A stretch of 64,000 bases of DNA. Source: the human T2T-CHM13v2.0 reference genome, Homo sapiens. Made by a program: the position numbers and the translations under genes. Below are positions 57,073 to 64,000 of the stretch, piece by piece; positions within the stretch are counted from its first letter, which is position 1, and the number at the start of each line of letters is the position of its first letter. The stretch lies in NCBI RefSeq assembly GCF_009914755.1, contig NC_060934.1. One strand, written 5' to 3'. The notes under the pieces are model-generated. The model had not been told where the DNA came from. It ran no database searches and saw only the letters and a program-made list of their open reading frames with translations.

Positions 57073-57794
57073 GCTATAGAGCTGTTCAACAGGCACCGTG
57101 AGCATCTCCATCTGCACTCTGGGGACTGGGAGCATGAACAGAGCACATGCAAGCCTGGTATTTCATTTGGAAATACCGAATGAAGCCAGCCTGGCCTTCC
57201 CATTCAGGAGAGATGTACTTTGCTCACGTGTGCCCATGTTTTGCCCCTGTCCCTGTGCTAACAGCACAAGAGACCAAGGGACCCAAACCCCTCTCAGAAT
57301 CCCACTGATTTGAGAGGAGCTGATTTCTGGAACTTGGAGGTTGGGGGTTGAGATACTATCTCTCTTTAAAATCTTATAGTATTAGTTTTTAAGAATTTCT
57401 CACAATTCTGATTCCTTTCCACCTCGATCCCTGAGTGACACTATATGATGTGTGTGTGTGTGTGTTGGTAGAGCTCCCTGGATGTGTTTGACAAGCCCTC
57501 TCTTCCCTCTCTCATCCCTAAAAGTACACACAGACACATACACATGCACTACCCCCACTAGGTTGGCAAATGTTAGCTGTGGCCAATGCACAGCCCCTGC
57601 AGAGTCTAAGCAGGAGAGCTACCGTGATATCAGATTTCGATCTGGGAGACACCTCCTCAGCAGTATGGAGGTTGGATGGAGGGGTCCATGCTGGAGACAG
57701 GAATTCCTGCTGGGAATTCCAACTGCGCATAGCAAAGATAATAAAAGTAAGAATAAAGGTAAGGTCTGAATCCTTAAAGGTAGGATTTGGACAC

Positions 57795-58240
57795 TGGAAG
57801 AAAATTAGAAGGAAAGCAGGAAAAAAATGGAAGGAAGTTAGGAAAGAAGGAAGAAAGAGAGAGAGGAAAAGAAAGAAAGAAAAAGAAACAAAGAAAGCAA
57901 GCAAGCAAGCAGAGGGAGGAAGGGGAGGAAGAGAGGGAGAGAGGGAGACAGGCAGGGAGCGAGGGGGGGAAGAAAGGAAGGAAGAAAAGAAAGGAAAGAA
58001 GGAAGAAAAGGAGGGAAGAAGGGAGGGAGAGAGGGAAAATGGAAAGAAGGAAAGGAGGGAAGAAGGAAGGAAAGGAAGAGAGGGGGAAGGAGAAAAGGAG
58101 GAAAAGAAAGAAAAAAGAGCAGAAAGAGGAGAATGAGAGAAAAAGAGGGAGAAAGGGTGGGAGAGCAGGAGAAAGAGAGGAAGGAAGGAAAAATAAAGGA
58201 AAGAAGGATGGATGGAAGAAAGGGAGTGGGAAATGAGGAA
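57795..58240. repeat. GA-rich polypurine tract
   Basis: About 450 bp almost entirely A/G on the + strand. Confidence 0.92.
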
Positions 58241-58407
58241 GGGTAGGTCAGATTCAGCATGTATGAGTCAAGAGTAAAGAATAGAGAGCATTCCACTGGA
58301 CAAAGGAAAGGATTTATGAATTGAAGACCAAATTGGAAAGGCTAATTAGGGCCAGATAACAGCGCTTTCAGTCCCGGGTTAATGTGCTTGAGCCTTATGC
58401 TATAAAC

Positions 58408-58570
58408 CACTGGTTCTCCAAGTGGAGTTCCCAGACCACATCATCAACTTCAGCATCATTACCCAGGAACTACATAGAAATGCAAATTCTCAAGCGACCC
58501 TGGCCCCCGCCCCACAGAATAAGAAGTCTTCCAGGAAATTCAGATACTTGCTAAAGTTTAAGACCTAGTG
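58408..58570 (+). mobile_element. MER5A (hAT-Charlie) within an L2 relic
   Basis: ctggttctccaagtg...cagcatcattacccaggaact...tagaaatgcaaattctc...ctaaagtttaagacc; approximate TSD ctataaac/ctgtaagc. Confidence 0.82.
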
Positions 58571-58874
58571 CTGTAAGCAACAGGGAATCATTGAAGATTA
58601 CTGAACAGAGAAGCGACTTAACTCTACTATAAAAACCAAGGCAACTCATTTTCTTTCCAGCCTCTCAAAAGATAAATGGTAAATACAAAATTTAAGTTGT
58701 TACATGTCCTAATTCCATGCTTTTGGCTTTAGTGTATTTCCTAATAGGCAGCCTTAATTATTCAGGGACAGTTGTGCTACTATAACATTTACAGTGTAGA
58801 AGCAATCGTCACAAACCAATATCAGGTGGAACAAGTAAGAGCCACAGGAAATCTCTTCAAGGAGAAAGAGATAT

Positions 58875-59160
58875 GAGGACGCTGTCTTGAAACCGGAGCC
58901 TTGAGCATGCCTCACGCTGGGGCTCCCCAGCAGCTGTGGCCTGGAAACCCATGGCTTTAATTAAGCAAAAGAGCGTTTGCAACGCCAAGACGGAGGTGGC
59001 CCCAAGCCACTGGCACAGAGGGCAGGCAAAGGAAAATCGGCACGCGTTCTGAGTAAACGGGGCGCTCTTTCGTGAGTCCATTCAAGGTTCATGTGGCTGT
59101 TCTCAAAATAACAGATTGGAAACCGGGTCAGTAATTGCTGGCCCGGCACCTTCGAAATGG
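58875..59160. promoter_or_regulatory. CpG-retaining unique micro-island (candidate enhancer)
   Basis: About 15 CpGs counted in about 290 bp of non-repeat DNA; TTAATTAA and GTAAAC motifs. Confidence 0.35.
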
Positions 59161-59889
59161 CCATTTACATCCTTTTCTTTCTGGAAAGTCTTAACTTTCA
59201 TACAGCTGCTCAGAATATGCCTACGGAACATTTTCTTAATTGGGTCCCTTAATCCCCAAAAGTTAGGAAAAAGAAGTGCCGGACTTGGAGGACGAGGGGC
59301 TCTGGAGACTTCCTAAATTCCTGCATGAAAGTGGGAGTGGGGAACAGCCAGAGGGAGATCAAAGCTTTGGTTTAATGAGGAGGCTCTTCAACCTCAAAAT
59401 ATGTTGCGTTATCCTATCCACCACAGGCGCTGCTCCTCTGTGACTCTCCACTGCTCCCCGCACCCCCCAGCCTCAGGGATCTGACTCAGTGGATGAAAAT
59501 AGTCCGAGATGATGGGGCTCTCAGAGGCCAGGAATGCAAAGGGTCCTCAACGGTCTTCTCTCTATCAGGAAAGGAGGTGACCCATATGGAAGAGCGTCAG
59601 AACAAACCATCTAAAAGTGATGTGATCATCCATTTTTAGTCACGCCATTGTAATAGCTGAAGAGGGGCTGGCTCTGAGGTTTCATACTTGTGTATGCTGG
59701 AATCCACCAATCTGTGACCATTGGTGAGGTCATAGCCCCATGACATCACGACAGGGACATCCAGAGGCCTTACTGTTCCCAGGCATTCTTATAGTTTACT
59801 GGATAACTTATGTTTTAAAGCATGCATGGGATCTGGGGCATTTAAAGATCTTTGACTTTGCCACATCCTATGAAATGTATTAAAATTCC

Positions 59890-60262
59890 TGTATCAGTCA
59901 GCTCAGGCTGCCATAACGAAACACCACAAAGTGGTTGCCTTTACCAAGAGAAATTTATTTCTTACAGTTCTGGAGGCTGGAGGTCTGAGGTCAGGGTGCC
60001 CACATTCTTGGTTTCTGGTGAGGGCCCTCTTCCTGACTTGCCAATGGCTGCCTTCTCACTGGATCCTCATATGGCAGAGGCAAAGCCAGTAAGCTCTCTG
60101 GTATCTGTTTTCATAAGGATACTAATCTCATCCTGAGGGCCTCATCCTCATGATTTCATCTGAACCTAATTACCTCCCAAAGACCCCATCTCCCAATGCC
60201 ATCACATTGAGGGTTACACCTTCCATATATGTATTCAAGGTGGCACAATTCAGCCCATAGCA
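59890..60262 (-). mobile_element. MLT1A-like MaLR solo LTR
   Basis: tgtatcagtcagctcaggctgccataac...acagttctggaggctgg...cacaattcagcccatagca. Confidence 0.88.
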
Positions 60263-61348
60263 ATGCTCTGCTAGAGCCTTAGAGGTGAGATGTGGTTGGT
60301 TAGTTGACATAATGTAATATTTTGTAGACACTTATTAAACATTTAGTAATATTAATTTGCACTTTTTATTTCCACATTATGAAGCCAGCAAAATGATTTT
60401 TTAAGTACTCAACCATTTTGTAGATCTTTGAAAAGTAGGCAGGCACTGTGCCTCTAGAACCCAGTATAACTAGGCCCTTGTTGAATTACAATTGTGAGCC
60501 ATGCAGCCCCAGGAATTCTGGCAAGACAGGAGATCAGTTAATGCATTCCCTTAGGAAGGGGGCTGAATCCAGGGAGGCAAGTGGCCCTGTTCTGTGGGCC
60601 CCAATCCTATGGCTCCTTACAAGTTAAAACCCACTGGCTTGGAATTCCAGTGGGCCAGCAGCAGCAGGTTAGAGACTGCCAGAGATGGACCAAGTTCCCA
60701 GGGGAAGGGGTGGCTGCCATACTGCTATATCTGTGGTTGCAGTTGGCTGTTCTAGCCTGCCGGCTCTGGGGAGTCCAGGCGGTCGGAACCAGAACTCTGA
60801 TCTCTCCCTGGGACAGAGTCCCCAGGGGGAAGGGTGACGGCAGTCTCTGTGGTTCAGATGACTTAGTCTTTCCAGCTTGCTGGCAGTCTGCATGAGGGGG
60901 GTTCCCCCAGCATGGTGCACCCACACTGCCAAGGGACAGCCAGACTGCTTCTTTAAGCAGGTCCCTGATCCCATTCCTCCTGACTGGGTGAGACCTCCCA
61001 ACAGGGCTCTCCAGTAACCTCCTACAGGAGTGTTCCAGCCGGCATCAGATTGGTGGTTCCTAGGAAGGAGCTCCCAGAGGAAAGAACAGGCTGCCATTTT
61101 TGCTGTTTCTCTGCCTTCACTGGTGATACCTCCAGGTGTGGGAGGGACAGAGGCAACTAGGGTCTGGAGTGTACCCTCAGCAAACCACAGCAGCCCTACA
61201 GAAGAGTGGCCTGACTATTAAAAGAAAAGAAAACAAAACAAAACAAAAAACAGAAAGCAACAACAACAACATTAACAAAAAAGACTCCACAAAAACTCCA
61301 TTCAAAGTTCAGCAGCCTCAAAGATGAAAGGTATGTAAGCCCACAAAG

Positions 61349-62372
61349 ATGAGAGAGAATCAGTGCAACAACACTGAAAATTCAAAAAGCCAGAGTGCCT
61401 CTTCTCCTCCAATTGACTGCAACATCTCTCTAGCAAGGGCACAGAAATGGGCTGAAACAGATGGCTGAACTGACAGAAGTAGGCTTCAGAAGGAGGGTAA
61501 TAATGAATTTCACTGAGCTAAAGGAGCATGTTGTAACCCAAATGCAAAGAGGTTAAGAATCATGATAAAACAATACAGGAGCTGATAACCAGAATAGCCA
61601 GTTTAGAGAGGAGCATAACTGACCTGATGGAGCTGAAAAACACAACACAAGAAATTCACAATGTAATCACAAGTATCAATAGCAGAATAGACCAAGTGGA
61701 GGAAAGAATCTCAGAGCTTGAAGACTGTCTTTGGGAAATAAGACAGGCAGACAAGAATAGAGAAAAAATAATGAAAAGGAATGAACAAAACCTCTGAGAA
61801 ATATGGGATTATGTAAAGAGAACAAACCTACAACTGATTGGGGTACCTGAAAGAGATGGGGAGAACAGAACCAAGTTGGAAAACGTACTTCAGGATATCA
61901 TCCAGGAGAACTTCCCCAAGCCAGCAAGACAGGCCAACATTCAAATTCAGGAAATCCAGACAACCCCACTAAGATACTCCATGAGAAGATCAACCCCAAG
62001 ACACGATCATCAGATTCTCCAATGTCGAAATGAAAGAAATAATGTTAAAGGCAGCCCAACAGAAAGGCCAGGTCACCTACAAAGGGAAGCCCATCAGACT
62101 AACAGCAGATCTCTCAGCAGAAACCCTACAAGCCAGAAGAGATTGAGGGTCAATATTCAACATTCTTAAAAGAAAGAATTTCCAAGCCAGAATTTCATAT
62201 CCAGGCAAACTAAGATTCATAAGCAAAGGAGAAATAAGATACTTTTCAGACAAGCAAATGCTGAGGAAATTCATCATTACCAGGCCTGCCTTGTAAGAGC
62301 TCCTGAAGGAAGCACTAAATATGGAAAGGAAAAACCATTACTAGCCACTACAAAAACACACTGAAGTGCATA
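61349..62372 (+). pseudogene. L1 ORF1p, disrupted
   Basis: MRENQCNNTENSKSQSA start and LENVLQDIIQENFP segment; stops and frameshifts present. Confidence 0.88.
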
Positions 62373-62428
62373 GACCAGTGACATAAAGCAACCACATAAA
62401 CAAGTCTGCAAAATAACCAGCTAGCATC

Positions 62429-64000
62429 ATGCTGACAGTATCAAATTCACATATAACAATATTAACCTTAAGTGTAAATGGGCGAAATGCTCCAATTAAG
62501 ACACAGAATGGCAAGATTGATCATAACCCATCATTATGCTGTCTTCAAAAAACCCATCTCACTTGCAAAAACACACACAGGCTCAATTTAAAGGGATGGA
62601 GGAAAATTTACCAAGAAAATGGAAAACAGAAAAAAGCAGGGGTTGCAATCCTAGTTTCTGACAAACCAGACTTCAAATCAACAAAGATCAAAAAAGACAA
62701 ACAAGGGCGTTACATAATGGTAAAGTGTTCAACAAGAAGAGCTAACTGTTATAAATATATATGTACCCAACACAGGTGGACCCAGATTCATAAAGCAAGT
62801 TCTTACAGACCTACAAAGAGACTTAGACTCCCACACAATAATAGTGGGAGACTTTAACACCCCACTGACGATATTAGACAGATCACCAAGACAGAGAATT
62901 AGCAAAAATATTCAGGACCTGAACTCAGCTCTGGATCAAGCAGACCTAATAGATACCTGCAGAATTATCTGCCCCCAAGCAACAGAATATACATTCTTCT
63001 CATCACTGCATGGCACTTACTCTAAAACTGATCACTTAATTGGAAGTAAAACACTTTTTAGCAAATACAAAAGAACTGAAATCATTAACAGTCTCTCAGA
63101 CCACAGAACAATAAAATTAGAACTTAATATTAAGAATCTCACTCAAAACCACACAACTGCATGGAAATTCAATAGCGTGCTCCTGAATGACTGCTGGGTA
63201 AATATTAAAATTAAGGCAGAAATCAAGAAACTCTTTGAAACTAATGAGAACAAAGAGACAACATACCAGAATCTCGGACACAGCAAACCAGTGTTAAGAG
63301 GCAAATTTATAGCACTAAATGGTCACACCAAAAAGCTAGAAAGATCTCAAATCAACAACCTAACATTACAACTAAAAGAACTAGAGAACCAAAAGCAAAC
63401 AAACCCCATAATAAAAAAGAAAAGAGAGAAGAATCAAATAGACACAATCAGAAATGATAAGGGGAATATCACCACTGACCCCACAGAAATAAAAACAGCC
63501 ATCAGAGAATGTTATAAATATCTATATGCACATAAACTAGAAAATCTAGAAGAAACAGATGCATTCCTGGACACATACACCCTCCCAAGACTGAACCAGA
63601 AAAAGACTGAATACCTGAATAGACCAATAATGATTTCTGAAATTAAAGCAGTAATCAATAGGCTACCAACCAAAAAAACAGCCCAGGACCAGATGGATTT
63701 ACCACTGAATTCTACCAGAGGTACAAAGAAGAGCCGGTACCACTTCTACTGAAACTATTCCAATCAATTAAAAAGAAAGGACTCCTCACTAAGTCATGTT
63801 ATGAGGCCAGCATCGTCCTGATACCAAAACCTGGCAGAGATACAACAAAAAAAGAAAACTTCAGGCCAATATCCCTGATGAACATGAATGTGAAAATCCT
63901 CAGTAAAATACTGGCAAACCAAATCCAGCAGCACGTCAAAAAGCTTATCGACCATAATCAAGTTGGCTTCATCTCTGCGATACAAGGTTGGTTCAATATA
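62429..64000 (+). pseudogene. L1 ORF2p (endonuclease/RT), disrupted, partial
   Basis: [48 protein letters not shown]; frameshifts near 62720 and 63670. Confidence 0.92.

Larger units (their letters stand above)
60495..64000 (+). mobile_element. Primate L1P (roughly L1PA10-13-type 5'UTR) with ORF1 and 5' ORF2; continues past the window
   Basis: Partial GC-rich 5'UTR, ORF1 from 61349, ORF2 from 62429 with endonuclease motifs and the RT start (NFRPISLMN). Confidence 0.92.

Noticed and set aside
56749-57183. Cys/Pro/Ser-rich ORFs
   Set aside because: Translation of the CTGT/CCAT low-complexity repeat.
57518-58296. 150-190 aa K/E/R/G-rich and F/L/S/P-rich ORFs
   Set aside because: Artefacts of the stop-poor polypurine tract.

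Overview
Primate (very likely human) nuclear DNA, gene-poor and about half interspersed repeat. It holds about 15 Alu/FLAM elements (J, S and Y lineages, most with readable target-site duplications, TSDs). There are six long L1 blocks, all on the + strand, ranging from ancient L1M to an L1P 5'UTR-ORF1-ORF2 that runs off the right edge. Also present are L2 and MIR relics, DNA-transposon MITEs (MER20 x3, MER5A, MER58B, MER103, Tigger3, MADE1), MaLR LTRs and a degenerate 5S rRNA retropseudogene. I recognise no host protein-coding exon, and nearly all ORFs in the track come from repeats or low-complexity DNA. I cannot name the locus and see no unambiguous new biological system. The most unusual structures are: (1) a MER41A LTR carrying an inverted complete MER41A and an inverted HERV-E LTR2, both with perfect 4-bp TSDs, lying just upstream of candidate minus-strand splice signals; (2) a 1-kb AT-rich array containing a perfect 135-bp palindrome (PATRR-like); (3) an inverted AluY pair about 60 bp apart with a shared variant and transversion-rich divergence; (4) an 18/19 match to miR-449a/b in unique DNA; (5) an L1 endonuclease site used twice. 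Repeat subfamily names come from remembered consensus sequences and should be confirmed with RepeatMasker/Dfam.
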